Counted from the stretch's first letter, positions 1-10,681 are shown. The stretch is DNA of 53,986 bases from Candidatus Omnitrophota bacterium (GCA_043812495.1 JBDRMG010000066.1:1-53986), one strand, 5' to 3'. The notes: generated by a model from the sequence alone, not told the origin. Program-made: numbers and translations.

Positions 1-179
1 TTGCGCCTGCCCCTCGGCTCAGCGTTCCAAAAGAGAGAGCCTCGGGACAAGGCGCAAACTAATCTCATAAAGAAATAAAGGAAGTTTGCGCCTGCCCCTC
101 GGCTCAGCGTTCCAAAAGAGAGAGCCTCGGGACAAGGCGCAAACTAATCTCATAAAGAAATAAAGGAAGTTTGCGCCTG
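1..179. repeat. Perfect tandem repeat, 85-bp unit x2 plus 9 bp, running into the 5' end of tRNA-Arg
   Basis: ttgcgcctg recurs at 1, 86 and 171; units 1-85 and 86-170 are identical. The unit folds via gtttgcgcct/aggcgcaaac with inner ggctc/gagcc. Confidence 0.9.
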
Positions 180-244
180 TAGTCTAATGGATAGGGCAGT
201 AGCCTCCGGCGCTACTTGTGTGGGTTCGATTCCCGCCAGGCGCG
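173..244 (+). tRNA. tRNA-Arg(CCG), CCA not encoded
   Basis: Acceptor gcgcctg/caggcgc, anticodon arm gtagc-ctCCGgc-gctac, T-loop ttcgatt. Confidence 0.93.
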
Positions 245-288
245 TTCTCCTTCGCGCCAATGCTTTCGCGTTGGCGCTATGGAGGAAC
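244..288. repeat. Palindromic element (cttcg-hairpin-ctayg type) directly 3' of tRNA-Arg
   Basis: gttctcc-ttc-gcgccaatgc-tttc-gcgttggcgc-tat-ggaggaac. A similar element follows tRNA-Asp at about 15038-15088. Confidence 0.6.
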
Positions 289-545
289 TGGCGAATAAAA
301 TGTTCAGGATGGTTCTTCGAAACTTAAATGCCTAGGCTCGTTTTAGAAATATACAAAAATTAACAGTTTTTCAACAAATATGAATATATTCTGATATGGC
401 CTTGAAACCCATATTATTGTTAATAATAGAGCTTAAGTGGAGAGGCAAGATACAAATATTGCTAAAATGATTGCCATAGTGGCATATAATATCATCTCCT
501 CATGAGATATATAAAGAATACATATTAACACGGCAGGGGGAAATA

Positions 546-1022
546 ATGAAGGGTCGGAAAATATTAATTTCTGTTATTGGAGGTCACGATGTTGATAAGG
601 AAGTGGAGAGATTTGCCATAGAAGTAGGAGAGATAGTATCAGAAGTGGGTGCAATACTTGTATGTGGTGGTCTTGGTGGAGTGATGGAGGCTGTTTCTAA
701 AGGATCTAAGAAGGCAGGCGGAATGACCATAGGCATCCTTCCAGGGAAGGATAAAAATGATGCTAACCCATTTATTGATATAGCCTTACCAACATCTATA
801 GGATATGCAAGAAATACTATTGTAGCATGCTGCGCTGACATAATCATTGCCTTACCCGGTAGTCACGGAACAAGGTCGGAAATATCTTATGGCTTTGTTT
901 ATGAGAAGCCTATCATAGATCTTGGAGAATGGGGCATTGATGGAATGATTAAAATAAAAAATATAAAGGAGTTAAAGAGTGTTCTCCTTGGTTTAATTAA
1001 GGAAATACAAGAGGAAAGTTAA
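546..1022 (+). CDS. TIGR00725 / LOG-family Rossmann-fold protein
   Basis: Motifs ILVCGGLGGVMEA, GMTIGILPG, ARN and GxxGTxSE. Confidence 0.85.
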   Translation: MKGRKILISVIGGHDVDKEVERFAIEVGEIVSEVGAILVCGGLGGVMEAVSKGSKKAGGMTIGILPGKDKNDANPFIDIALPTSIGYARNTIVACCADIIIALPGSHGTRSEISYGFVYEKPIIDLGEWGIDGMIKIKNIKELKSVLLGLIKEIQEES

Positions 1023-2618
1023 TTGAAGAAATTCTTCAAAGGCATAAATATTCCATTATCCCTCTTGGCCGTTATTACCGTCATCGGTTGTTTACTTAGG
1101 ATTTTTCTGGGTTATAATCTCACGCTTAATGCAGATGAAGCTGGCGTGACGCTTCTTCAAGCCAGCGGTCAGGCTGTTCAATACGAGAAAAACCCTATTC
1201 GACTCATTGCTCCCCTTGAAAAGTTTAAGGCGTATATTAATTATTCAGACCGATTTGGCCTTCAAGACGTCATTGATTCGCTTCAACAAACCGGACTCCA
1301 TCCTCCTTTTTATTACCTTTTCCTGCATCTTATCCTCAAATTATTCGGCTCTCATATTCTTATCTTAAGGGGGGTGTCCATTGGATTTTCTATATTGTCC
1401 ATAGCGCTGATCTATCGCGTAGGCTCTCTTTTGGTTAACCGGGAGGTAGGTCTTCTGAGCGCCCTGTTTCTTTCGGTATCAACCTTTGGGGTTCACCTTG
1501 GCGTCATGGTCCGACCTTATCCGCTTGCCATGCTCCTTTCGCTGGTTTCTACGGCTCTTGTTTTGGAAATCATTTTGAGAAAACAGACTATCAAAGAAGG
1601 ACAGATTTTCTTTGGTTATGGAGTTGTGGCCCTCATTGGCCTTTATACCGTTTATCATTTTGTTTTTGTCATTATCTTTCAAGTCTTGTTGCTTTGTCTG
1701 TTCTTCTGGGGCCAAAAAGAGGTCTTTAAAAAAATACTGATTACTCTCTCTTTGGTCATGCTGGGGTACTTTCTTTGGGTGCCTTCCGTTTTTCGTCAGC
1801 TGAATTTTCTGGATCATGTTTCCTATTTCCAAGGATCCTGTCACAACTTGGCTATTGTACAGTATCCTTTTGATGTTAGCTTTTTTGCATTAAGAAAATT
1901 ATTGATGTTGCCCTTGGCGAGCTTTTTTGTCCTCAAGGCGCTCTGGTGGGGTACCTTGCTTGCGGGGATTTCATTTTTTCTTAAGAAAAGAACACATCAA
2001 TTATTTCTTCTTTCGATCGGAATCTACTTTTGTTCTCTTGTTTTGGCTGATCGGTGCTTAGGGACATGCACATTGGCGATTCCCAAACTATTCTTTTTCA
2101 TCATGCCGCTTGTCTATATTATTTTTGCGATCGGAATATCCAGAATTTCAAATAAAATCTACCTGAAAACAATAGCCGTAACGTTTTTCACGACCTCGCT
2201 CCTTCTTAATACAGTCTATTCCTATCACATTAATCCTGGGATTTATACCAAGGAAAGATATGTGCCGCTATTTCAAAGCCACATTGAATATAAACTTGAG
2301 GATAGGAAAAAAGGACTTCTGATTCTTTGTGATTCCCAGCGGCGGTATGTTTTTCCTCTCATCTATGCGCTCAAAGCACCCTTGGATGTTTTGATTATTC
2401 CCAACGAAACATTGAAATCCACAGTATTTGATATAAAATCATGGAAGGAGTATCGCCATATTTTTGTCGTTAATTTTTTGGGTGACGAAAATAAGAATCT
2501 TCCCGTGATCAGCTTGTTGGGAGAAAATTTAGAAAGAAATAATTTTTCTAAAGAAGGAGTAATCAAAGTCGATCAACAGTCGCTACAGATTTACCGAAAA
2601 ACAGATGCCGCCTTATGA
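1023..2618 (+). CDS. GT-C (GT39/ArnT/PMT-like) membrane glycosyltransferase
   Basis: ADE after TM1, HPPFYY, VRPYPL, many TM segments; TTG start. Confidence 0.75.
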   Translation: MKKFFKGINIPLSLLAVITVIGCLLRIFLGYNLTLNADEAGVTLLQASGQAVQYEKNPIRLIAPLEKFKAYINYSDRFGLQDVIDSLQQTGLHPPFYYLFLHLILKLFGSHILILRGVSIGFSILSIALIYRVGSLLVNREVGLLSALFLSVSTFGVHLGVMVRPYPLAMLLSLVSTALVLEIILRKQTIKEGQIFFGYGVVALIGLYTVYHFVFVIIFQVLLLCLFFWGQKEVFKKILITLSLVMLGYFLWVPSVFRQLNFLDHVSYFQGSCHNLAIVQYPFDVSFFALRKLLMLPLASFFVLKALWWGTLLAGISFFLKKRTHQLFLLSIGIYFCSLVLADRCLGTCTLAIPKLFFFIMPLVYIIFAIGISRISNKIYLKTIAVTFFTTSLLLNTVYSYHINPGIYTKERYVPLFQSHIEYKLEDRKKGLLILCDSQRRYVFPLIYALKAPLDVLIIPNETLKSTVFDIKSWKEYRHIFVVNFLGDENKNLPVISLLGENLERNNFSKEGVIKVDQQSLQIYRKTDAAL

Positions 2619-3289
2619 AAAAACGTATTAAAATTGATAGCTCCATCTTGTCCTTTATCATCATTTTGACAGGGCTCTTGTATCAATTTCCCCACTTGTA
2701 CACCTATAGCCTGAGGACAGATGATGCCTTTGATTTGCTTGGGCTTATCATCGTTTTTTGGGGAACGTTTCTGCGCATGGCTGCGCGAGGCTATAAGAAA
2801 GTTTACTCCCAAAAAGGACATGGTCTGGTGATTTCAGGACCCTATGCGCTGACGAGAAATCCTATGTATCTCGGGAGCTTTCTCATGGGAGCGGGTTTTA
2901 TTCTCATTGTCTGGCCGTGGTGGACGTTAATTTTGTTTGCCGTCCTTTTTTACATTCGATTTAATAAACAAATTAAGAAAGAAGAGAAGCATCTGGAGGC
3001 GCTATTCGGGCCGGATTATCACAGGTATGCCCAAAAGGTTCCCAGAGTATTTCCTTCATGGCGTCATGTGCGCAAAATACATTTTCAAAAGACCTTTCCT
3101 TTTGAATCAAGCTGGAATACAAAGGAAAAATGGGGTTTAGCCGGATGGTTTGCTCTGGCCGTTATCCTTGAGGTTCTGCAAGAGAAAATTATTTATGGAT
3201 TGCTGGATATAAGTCATGCCCTTATTATTTTTCTTTTCAGCGCCTTGATATTCGCCGCGAGCCTCTGGGTACTTTATAAACATGAATAA
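2615..3289 (+). CDS. Isoprenylcysteine carboxylmethyltransferase (ICMT/Ste14) family membrane protein
   Basis: LVISGPYALTRNPMYLG and EEKHL...FGPDY..Y...VPR motifs. Confidence 0.85.
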   Translation: MKKRIKIDSSILSFIIILTGLLYQFPHLYTYSLRTDDAFDLLGLIIVFWGTFLRMAARGYKKVYSQKGHGLVISGPYALTRNPMYLGSFLMGAGFILIVWPWWTLILFAVLFYIRFNKQIKKEEKHLEALFGPDYHRYAQKVPRVFPSWRHVRKIHFQKTFPFESSWNTKEKWGLAGWFALAVILEVLQEKIIYGLLDISHALIIFLFSALIFAASLWVLYKHE

Positions 3290-4052
3290 AATTCAAAATA
3301 CGGCAAGAATAATTTCCAATGAAAAGGTCTGTCCGAAATTCTATCATCTTTGCCTTGAGGCACGTCCCCTGGCGAAAGCCGTACGGCCGGGACAATTTTT
3401 TCATATCCGCACATCCGATGCGCTTGTGCCTTTTTTCCGTCGGCCTTTTAGCGTATTTCGCGCAAAGACAACCATTGAAATCCTTTACGAAGTCGTTGGG
3501 AAAGGAACGAAAAACATTTCTCTTAAGAAGAAAGGCGATCTTTTAGATGTTATGGGTCCGCTGGGTAATTCATTCTCTCTGCCGCCTCAAGGCACGAAGC
3601 AGGTTGTGATGATCGCCGGCGGCGTGGGCATTGCTCCCTTTTTGATTCTTTCGGATTTACTGGCTCGAAAAATATACAAACCCATTCTCCTCTATGGCGC
3701 TCGCTCCAAAGGACATGTTTTTCGACTCAATGAATTTACAAAAAACGGTTGCAGAATTTATATCAGCACGAATGACGGCAGCGTCGGTCAAAAAGGGTAT
3801 GTCTCAACACTGTTTCCCCATATTGATTTGAATGAGAAAAAGACAATGGTGTATGCGTGCGGACCGCGTCCGATGCTTGCGACCGTTCAGACCTTTGCGC
3901 GCTTGCACCGCTTGCCTTGCGAGGCCTCCTGCGAAGAGGTGATGGCTTGTGGTCTGGGCGCCTGTTTGGGATGTTCGATTCAGACGACCCAAGGATACAA
4001 AACCGTATGCCATGATGGCCCGGTATTCAATATTCATGAGTTGAAATTCTAA
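3282..4052 (+). CDS. pyrK: Dihydroorotate dehydrogenase electron transfer subunit
   Basis: RRPFS, AGGVGIAP, CGPRPML, MACGLGACLGC...VCHDGPVF 2Fe-2S motif; close to pyrD and pyrF. Confidence 0.93.
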   Translation: MNKIQNTARIISNEKVCPKFYHLCLEARPLAKAVRPGQFFHIRTSDALVPFFRRPFSVFRAKTTIEILYEVVGKGTKNISLKKKGDLLDVMGPLGNSFSLPPQGTKQVVMIAGGVGIAPFLILSDLLARKIYKPILLYGARSKGHVFRLNEFTKNGCRIYISTNDGSVGQKGYVSTLFPHIDLNEKKTMVYACGPRPMLATVQTFARLHRLPCEASCEEVMACGLGACLGCSIQTTQGYKTVCHDGPVFNIHELKF

Positions 4053-4058
4053 ATGAAA

Positions 4059-4275
4059 ATTAAATCCGAAGTCCGAAGCACGAAATTCGAAATGGTTCGA
4101 CGAGCTCACCATCCTTCTCATTCGACGTTGCTCATGATCCTTCGAATGATCCTGAGCGAAGTCGAAGGACATATCCGAAATTCAAATCTTTGAATGATCA
4201 AAACAGTTTTGATCATTTGAATTTTGGAAAATTTGAATTTGTTTCGAGATTCGGATTTCGATATTCGAATTTAAT
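4059..4275. repeat. Inverted arrays of degenerate 7-mers (cgaaatc-type) with nested ttcgac...ctgagcgaagtcgaa palindromes
   Basis: attaaatccgaagtccgaagcacgaaattcgaaa at the left is complementary to tttcgagattcggatttcgatattcgaatttaat at the right; nested hairpins at about 4094-4169. Confidence 0.8.
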
Positions 4276-4322
4276 ATCGCTTTTAAAATTTTAGAGTCAC
4301 TCATTCATTAAAGGAGAATATT

Positions 4323-4682
4323 ATGTCTGCATTATCTTATGCACTACTTGGTTTAACCGGAGGATTACTCGGCGGTGCTTTTGGCATCGGCGGTGGCGCC
4401 TTGATGGTACCGGCCCTGGTCTTTTTCTTCGGACTCTCCCAGCATCAGGCGCAAGGAACATCGCTTGCGTTGATGTTGCCGCCGGTCACGCTTTTTGCGG
4501 CTCTTCGGTATTATTATGCGGGACACGTCAATGTGAAAATAGCTATTTTCGGAGCTCTTGGATTCTTGCTCGGCGCTTTCATAAGCGCCAATTTTGTGCA
4601 AGGCATAGAAGATGCAAGCCTTAAAAGGGCGTTCGGCATCTTTCTTATGATGGTTGGCATTAAAATGGTATTCTTCAAATGA
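4323..4682 (+). CDS. TSUP/TauE-SafE family permease (short form)
   Basis: GGAFGIGGG...VPALV...QHQAQGTSL motif; strong SD aaggag. Confidence 0.85.
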   Translation: MSALSYALLGLTGGLLGGAFGIGGGALMVPALVFFFGLSQHQAQGTSLALMLPPVTLFAALRYYYAGHVNVKIAIFGALGFLLGAFISANFVQGIEDASLKRAFGIFLMMVGIKMVFFK

Positions 4683-5590
4683 ACCTTTCTGTCCGCATCG
4701 GAAAACTGAAACTCAAGAATCCCGTGACTGTGGCCTCCGGGACATTCGGTCACGCCGAAGAATACTATAATTTAGAAGAAGTTAAGAAACTTGGCGCTTT
4801 AGTTCCAAAGACTATCACGCTTCGAACTAGAGAAGGCAACCCCCCGCCAAGAATCGTTGAAACGGCTTCGGGCATGCTTAACGCCATCGGCATTGAAAAT
4901 CCTGGCGTTGGAATATTCATCAAAGAAAAACTTCCCCTTTTAAGGAAAATCGGCATTCCTTTGATCATCAGCATTTCAGCCGACTCAAACAAAGAATTCG
5001 TTCAGCTGGCCAAAAAACTGAACCAAGCAAAAGGTGTTAACGCGATTGAATGCAATCTTTCTTGCCCCAATCTCAAGAAAAAGGTTCTTGTGGCTCAGGA
5101 TGCGAAGGCCACGTATGAGGCCATCAAGGCTGTGAAAAAAGTTTCCCGCGTTCCTGTGATCGCCAAGCTTTCGCCGAATGTGACGAACATTGCAAATATT
5201 GCTAAGGCGGCCCAGGACGCCGGCGCTGATGCCGTTAGCTTAGTCAATACTTTTATGGCTATGGCCATTGACGTGGAAAGAAAAAAACCCGTACTTGGCA
5301 ATGTGTCCGGCGGGTTAAGCGGGCCTGCGATTAAACCCATTGCTCTCTATATGGTCTATCAGGTCGCGCAGAAAGTAAAGATCCCTATTATTGCTATGGG
5401 CGGGATTGCCAATGCCCATGATGCCCTTGAATTTCTTATGGCCGGCGCAAGCATGATTGCCGTGGGGACAATGAATTACATTAATCCCCGCGCGCCTTTG
5501 GAAATTCTTGAGGGAATAAGAGAATACATGAGAAGAAAGAAAATAAACAATATCAGACAAATCACAGGGAGCCTGAACGTTGATAAATAA
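4679..5590 (+). CDS. pyrD: Dihydroorotate dehydrogenase B catalytic subunit
   Basis: LKNPVTVASGTFG, MLNAIG, NLSCPN, KLSPN, GGLSGPAIKP. Confidence 0.95.
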   Translation: MNLSVRIGKLKLKNPVTVASGTFGHAEEYYNLEEVKKLGALVPKTITLRTREGNPPPRIVETASGMLNAIGIENPGVGIFIKEKLPLLRKIGIPLIISISADSNKEFVQLAKKLNQAKGVNAIECNLSCPNLKKKVLVAQDAKATYEAIKAVKKVSRVPVIAKLSPNVTNIANIAKAAQDAGADAVSLVNTFMAMAIDVERKKPVLGNVSGGLSGPAIKPIALYMVYQVAQKVKIPIIAMGGIANAHDALEFLMAGASMIAVGTMNYINPRAPLEILEGIREYMRRKKINNIRQITGSLNVDK

Positions 5591-6323
5591 AAAAGCACAA
5601 CTGATTGTGGCTTTAGATGTGGGCTCATTGGAGGAGGCCAAGGGTCTCATCGATACTTTGTCTTCCGTCGTGGATATCTTTAAAGTCGGCAGTCAGCTTT
5701 TCACGGCCTGTGGGCCGACGGCCGTTCGTTTTGTGCAAACGCGCGGCAAAAAGGTCTTTCTGGATTTGAAATATCATGATATTCCAAACACCGTGGCCAA
5801 TGCCGTTAAAGAGGCCGTTGGTCTAAATATTGAAAATAATTCTGCTTCCTCAAGCGGTATTGAGATGATGACTCTCCATACCGTGGGCGGCCAGGAAATG
5901 CTCATCGGCGCAAAAGAAGCCGTAGCCAAGGAGGCTCAGGATTTGAACGTACAAAGACCGCTTCTGATCGGAATAACGGTCTTGACAAGCCAGAAAAAAG
6001 ACGATAGCATACAATCTCTTGTTTTGGAAAGAGCCAAATTGGCCAAAGACGCTGGTTTGGACGGTGTTGTAGCTTCCGTCCAGGAAGCTCCTTTGATTCG
6101 CCGGACCTGTGGTCAGGATTTTATTATCGTCACACCGGGGATTCGTCCCGCGGGAAGCTCAAAAGACGATCAAGAGCGAGTAGCCACACCCCGCAAGGCC
6201 ATCGAAAATGGAAGCAACTTTCTTGTCGTGGGCCGGCCGATTACTCAATCCAAAACCCCGCTTGAAAGCGCCAAGCAGATCTTAGAAGAAATGGAAAAAG
6301 CATACCTAACGAAGAAAGATTAA
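5580..6323 (+). CDS. pyrF: Orotidine-5'-phosphate decarboxylase
   Basis: IVALD, FLDLKYHDIPNTV, TVLTS, VTPGIRP, VVGRPI. Confidence 0.96.
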   Translation: MINKKAQLIVALDVGSLEEAKGLIDTLSSVVDIFKVGSQLFTACGPTAVRFVQTRGKKVFLDLKYHDIPNTVANAVKEAVGLNIENNSASSSGIEMMTLHTVGGQEMLIGAKEAVAKEAQDLNVQRPLLIGITVLTSQKKDDSIQSLVLERAKLAKDAGLDGVVASVQEAPLIRRTCGQDFIIVTPGIRPAGSSKDDQERVATPRKAIENGSNFLVVGRPITQSKTPLESAKQILEEMEKAYLTKKD

Positions 6324-6341
6324 ATTATGTTTGTTTTATCC

Positions 6342-6416
6342 CCCCGCACCAACTTTTTATCAAAAGTTGGTGCGGGGTCAATTCGCCCGCCATTGAGTCA
6401 GTGGCGGGCTCATTGA
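6342..6416 (+). repeat. Double-hairpin element, THAAT family, copy A
   Basis: H1 ccccgcaccaactttt/aaaagttggtgcgggg, then tcaat-tc-gcccgccattg..cagtggcgggc-tc-attga; abuts the SD of V-ATPase subunit E. Confidence 0.85.
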
Positions 6417-6427
6417 GGAGAAAAACA

Positions 6428-7045
6428 ATGTCTGAGCAAGTCCAAGAACTTATTAATAAGATAAAATCCGAAGGGATTCAGGAAGCCCAGAACAAGGCCA
6501 AGCAGATCGAAGCCGAAGCCAGGAAAAAAGCTGAAGGCATTGTGCAGGACGCGAGAAAGCAGGCCCAACAGATTGTCGCGCAGGCCGCAAAAGACCAGGA
6601 GCTTTTAAAGGAAAAAACAGAAAAGACCCTCCAGCAGGCCGCGCGCGACATGATTTTAAGTCTCAAAAAAGAGATTCAGAAAATTCTTCATGATCTCATT
6701 GCTCAGGACATTAAGTCCGCCTTGTCGACGGACGAGCTTGCCGAAATTATCACGCAGGCCGTGAATAATTTTCTTAAAGATCAATCCAAAGGCGATCGCA
6801 TAATGATTGCTTTGAATAAGGGCGATCATGAAAAGCTTAAGAAAGATTATCTGGCAAAATTAAAAGAAAAAATCAAAGACGGTATTGAATTTAAACCGAC
6901 GGACCAGATCGACAAGGGTTTTACGATTAGTTTTGACAGTGGCAAATCATTCTTTGATTTCACGGATGAAAGCCTGGCCGGATATTTAAGCGCCATGCTA
7001 AGCCCTGAGATCGCCAATCTATTCAAGAATGCATTCTCATCCTAA
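6428..7045 (+). CDS. ntpE: V-type ATP synthase subunit E
   Basis: MSEQVQELINKIKSEG N-terminus, coiled coil, C-terminal FDFTDESL. ATG 6428 with SD gaggag preferred over GTG 6401; first gene of the operon. Confidence 0.85.
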   Translation: MSEQVQELINKIKSEGIQEAQNKAKQIEAEARKKAEGIVQDARKQAQQIVAQAAKDQELLKEKTEKTLQQAARDMILSLKKEIQKILHDLIAQDIKSALSTDELAEIITQAVNNFLKDQSKGDRIMIALNKGDHEKLKKDYLAKLKEKIKDGIEFKPTDQIDKGFTISFDSGKSFFDFTDESLAGYLSAMLSPEIANLFKNAFSS

Positions 7046-7051
7046 CGGGTT

Positions 7052-7603
7052 ATGAGCCATTCGTATTATTATCTTGTTTCAAGTTTGCCTCTTCTTCTCT
7101 TTGGCCAAAGGCCCCCGGTTTCCTATGATGAATTTCTTGCGGATTGCCAGAGAATTATGACGGCACAAGATTATGCCTTGATGGAGGCGGCGGTCCTAAG
7201 ACCAAGGCCGGCTTTTCAAGGAAGAAATGCCGTTCTGGATCAATGGATTCAATTCATGAATCATTGCTGCAATGAAATTGCCCGTACGTGTGCCCTCAAG
7301 GCGCGTAAAGACCCTATAGATTATGTACGGGGGGATATCAGCTTTGATCCTTTTGTAGCGGATCTTATCCATCAAGCGGAGAAAATGCACGATCCCCTGG
7401 CAGGCGAAAAACTATTAGACAAAGCGAAATGGCAGAAATTGGATGAGCTTGCAGGCGGGCATCATTTTGATTTGGAATTTCTCATTGTCTATAGTTTAAA
7501 ATTGCAGATGGCCGAACGCTACCGGGAGATAGAGTCTGAGCGCGGCAAAGATATTTTGAATGGATTCGAAAAGGAATCTTTAGCCATCAGCCAAAAAGCA
7601 TAA
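7052..7603 (+). CDS. DUF2764 family protein (putative V-ATPase subunit C equivalent)
   Basis: YYYLVSSLP start, HHFDLEFLIVY..KLQ..ER; lies between subunits E and A. Confidence 0.8.
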   Translation: MSHSYYYLVSSLPLLLFGQRPPVSYDEFLADCQRIMTAQDYALMEAAVLRPRPAFQGRNAVLDQWIQFMNHCCNEIARTCALKARKDPIDYVRGDISFDPFVADLIHQAEKMHDPLAGEKLLDKAKWQKLDELAGGHHFDLEFLIVYSLKLQMAERYREIESERGKDILNGFEKESLAISQKA

Positions 7604-7617
7604 CGCATTAAATTATT

Positions 7618-9354
7618 ATGGCCCAACGAACAACAGAAGATAAAAGAATCGGAAACGTCATTGCCGTCAATGGCAACATGGTGGCGGTTTCTTTCGATAC
7701 GCGCGTCATGCAAAATGAAGTCGCTTATGTCCTTTGCGGCGAGGAACGCCTGAAATCAGAGGTTATTCGCGTCAAAGGCCAGAAAGCGGAACTTCAGGTC
7801 TTTGAAGATACGCTCAATATCAAGATCGGCAACGAGGTCGAATTCACCAATGAACTTTTGAGCGTGGAACTGGGTCCCGGCCTGATCGGCCAGATTTTTG
7901 ACGGCCTTCAAAATCCTTTGCCTGAGCTTGCGAAAAAACACGGATTTTTCTTAAAACGCGGCGAATATTTGGAAGCCCTCCCCGATGACGCCAAATGGTC
8001 ATTTACTCCGACGGCTCAAAAAGGCAATAAGGTGCGCTCGGGTTCAAAATTAGGAAGCGTTCCGGAGAAGATTTTTGACCACTGGATTATGGTTCCTTTT
8101 CATCTCAAAGGAGAGTGCGAAGTCGCGGATATTGTTAATACAGGTTCGTATTCGCTTGTTGATGTTGTAGCCAAAGTCAAAGACGAGCAAGGCAAAATTC
8201 ATCTTGTGACGATGCAGCAGATTTGGCCGGTCAAAATCCCTATTAAAGCGTACACGCAAAAATATCAACCCAAAGATCCCCTGGTTACGAAAATTCGCAT
8301 TATCGATACCCTTGTTCCCGTGGCGATCGGCGGGACATTCTGCACGCCCGGACCTTTCGGCGCAGGAAAAACCGTTTTGCAACACCTGATCAGTCGCCAT
8401 GCCGATGTGGATCTTGTTGTTGTAGCGGCCTGCGGTGAGCGCGCCGGCGAAGTGGTAGAAATCTTGAGGACTTTTCCTGAATTGAAAGATCCCCGCACGG
8501 GAAATTCTTTAATGGATCGCACGATTATTATCTGCAATACAAGCTCTATGCCGGTGGCGGCACGCGAATCCAGCGTTTACACGGCTGTAACCATTGCCGA
8601 ATACTATCGACAGATGGGTTTGAATGTTTTATTGCTTGCGGATTCGACGTCGCGCTGGGCCCAGGCCATGCGGGAGGTCTCCGGCCGTCTTGAGGAAATT
8701 CCCGGCGAAGAAGCCTTTCCGGCTTACCTAGAAACGCGTATTGCTTCTTTTTATGAACGGGCCGGTTTAGTGAAATTGCGCAATGGAAGCTTTGGGTCCA
8801 TCACGATCGGCGGGGCAATCAGTCCCGCGGGAGGAAATTTCGAAGAGCCCGTCACCCAAGCGACGCTCAAAGTGGTCGGGGCTTTTCATGGCCTCTCGCG
8901 AGATCGCGCCAATGCCCGCCGGTATCCTGCGATTGACCCCTTGGAAAGCTGGAGCAAATACGAGGGCTTGATCGATAGAGACAAAAGGAAAATTGGCTCT
9001 TCGATTCTACAGAAAAGTCATCAGGTCGAGCAGACCATGCAAGTCATCGGCGAAGAAGGAACCAGCATCGGTGATTTTGTGGCGTATTTAAAAGGCGAAT
9101 TCTTTGACGACGTCTACTTGCAGCAGAACGCCTTTGATGAGGTGGACGAAGCCACCGATGCGAAGCGTCAGAAATATATTTTTGATATGATCCTCACATT
9201 GATCAAGAAGGAATTTGTTTTTCAGGATAAAAATCAGGCCAGACGGTTTTTCCAGGAGCTCAGGCAGAAATTCATTACGTGGAATTCTGCGCCTTTTAAG
9301 GATGAGGATTTTCAGGCCATCGAAAAAGACATACGACAAAGAATCGAAACATAA
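7618..9354 (+). CDS. ntpA: V-type ATP synthase subunit A
   Basis: Walker A GPFGAGKT, CGERAGE, DSTSRWAQA, PAGGNFEEPVTQ. Confidence 0.96.
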   Translation: MAQRTTEDKRIGNVIAVNGNMVAVSFDTRVMQNEVAYVLCGEERLKSEVIRVKGQKAELQVFEDTLNIKIGNEVEFTNELLSVELGPGLIGQIFDGLQNPLPELAKKHGFFLKRGEYLEALPDDAKWSFTPTAQKGNKVRSGSKLGSVPEKIFDHWIMVPFHLKGECEVADIVNTGSYSLVDVVAKVKDEQGKIHLVTMQQIWPVKIPIKAYTQKYQPKDPLVTKIRIIDTLVPVAIGGTFCTPGPFGAGKTVLQHLISRHADVDLVVVAACGERAGEVVEILRTFPELKDPRTGNSLMDRTIIICNTSSMPVAARESSVYTAVTIAEYYRQMGLNVLLLADSTSRWAQAMREVSGRLEEIPGEEAFPAYLETRIASFYERAGLVKLRNGSFGSITIGGAISPAGGNFEEPVTQATLKVVGAFHGLSRDRANARRYPAIDPLESWSKYEGLIDRDKRKIGSSILQKSHQVEQTMQVIGEEGTSIGDFVAYLKGEFFDDVYLQQNAFDEVDEATDAKRQKYIFDMILTLIKKEFVFQDKNQARRFFQELRQKFITWNSAPFKDEDFQAIEKDIRQRIET

Positions 9355-9363
9355 GGGTTCATT

Positions 9364-10659
9364 ATGCAGAAGGTTTATAGTCAAATTGTTCAAATTGCCG
9401 GTGACGTGATTACGGTTGAAGCCGAAGGCGTCGGTTACCGGGAATTGGCGCAGATTAATACAAAAACAAGTATTTCCTTGGCGCAGGTCATCCGGCTCGA
9501 CGGAAAAAGAGTTTCCCTGCAAGTCTTAGCCGGAAGCCGGGGAATTTCGACCGACGATAAAGTGAGATTCCTGGGTCATCCGATGCAGGTTGCTTTTTCG
9601 AAAGACCTTTTAGGCCGTATTTTTACAGGCAGCGGTTTGCCGCGCGATCACGGTCCTGCCATTACGGATCACATGATCGATATCGGCGGTCCGTCGGTAA
9701 ATCCGGCTAAAAGGATTGTGCCCAAAAACATGATCCGCACAGGCATCCCCATGATCGACGTTTTCAATTCTTTTGTTGAATCGCAAAAGTTACCTATTTT
9801 TTCCGTGGCTGGAGAACCTTACAACGAATTGTTAGCCCGAATTGCCATGCAGGCTGAAGTGGACTTGATTATTTTAGGCGGCATGGGTCTTAAATACGAT
9901 GATTTTCTTTTCTTTCGCGATACATTTGAACAGCGCGGAGCTTTGTCGCGCTCGATATTCTTTATCCATACGGCGAGTGATCCGACCGTTGAATGCCTTC
10001 TTGTTCCCGATATGAGTTTGGCTGTGGCCGAACAGTTTGCGCTTCAAGGCCAACGGGTTCTTGTTCTTCTGACGGACATGACCAACTTTTGTGATTCCCT
10101 GAAAGAAATCGCCATTACGATGGAACAAATTCCCTCCAACCGCGGCTATCCGGGTGACCTGTATAGTCAATTGGCCGCGCGCTATGAAAAGGCCGTTGAT
10201 TTTGATACCGCAGGATCCATTACCGTTTTGGCCGTTACGACCATGCCGGGGGATGATGTCACGCACCCCGTTCCCGACAATACGGGTTATATTACCGAAG
10301 GGCAATTTTATTTACGCGGTGGACACATTGAACCCTTCGGTTCGTTAAGCCGCTTAAAACAGCAAGTCAACGGAGACACGCGCGCCGATCATCGCGCGAT
10401 CATGGATCGCATGATTCAGCTTTTCGCGGATTATCGGGAATCCCTGGAGAAAAAGTCTATGGGTTTTCAGATGAGCGCGTGGGATGAAAAACTCCTCAAA
10501 TACGGCGAACGTTTCGAGAAAGAATTAATGGACTTGTCCGTCAACATCCCCTTGGAAGAGGCCCTTGATTTGGGTTGGAGAATATTGGCGGATATTTTTG
10601 AGTCGGCGGAAACAGGTCTCAAAGATTCTCTCATCAAACAATTTTGGCCAAAGAAGTAA
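9364..10659 (+). CDS. ntpB: V-type ATP synthase subunit B
   Basis: [37 protein letters not shown]. Confidence 0.96.
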   Translation: MQKVYSQIVQIAGDVITVEAEGVGYRELAQINTKTSISLAQVIRLDGKRVSLQVLAGSRGISTDDKVRFLGHPMQVAFSKDLLGRIFTGSGLPRDHGPAITDHMIDIGGPSVNPAKRIVPKNMIRTGIPMIDVFNSFVESQKLPIFSVAGEPYNELLARIAMQAEVDLIILGGMGLKYDDFLFFRDTFEQRGALSRSIFFIHTASDPTVECLLVPDMSLAVAEQFALQGQRVLVLLTDMTNFCDSLKEIAITMEQIPSNRGYPGDLYSQLAARYEKAVDFDTAGSITVLAVTTMPGDDVTHPVPDNTGYITEGQFYLRGGHIEPFGSLSRLKQQVNGDTRADHRAIMDRMIQLFADYRESLEKKSMGFQMSAWDEKLLKYGERFEKELMDLSVNIPLEEALDLGWRILADIFESAETGLKDSLIKQFWPKK

Positions 10660-10681
10660 GAGCCAAACAACAACTGGATTG

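Noticed and set aside
1..179. CRISPR array (also considered for 14241-14348)
   Set aside because: Units are fully identical or have related spacers, with no unique spacers and no cas genes.
6342..6416. Hammerhead ribozyme reading of the THAAT elements (reverse strand atga-stem-gaa)
   Set aside because: The CUGA core is absent, and the flanks covary as a simple 5-bp stem.
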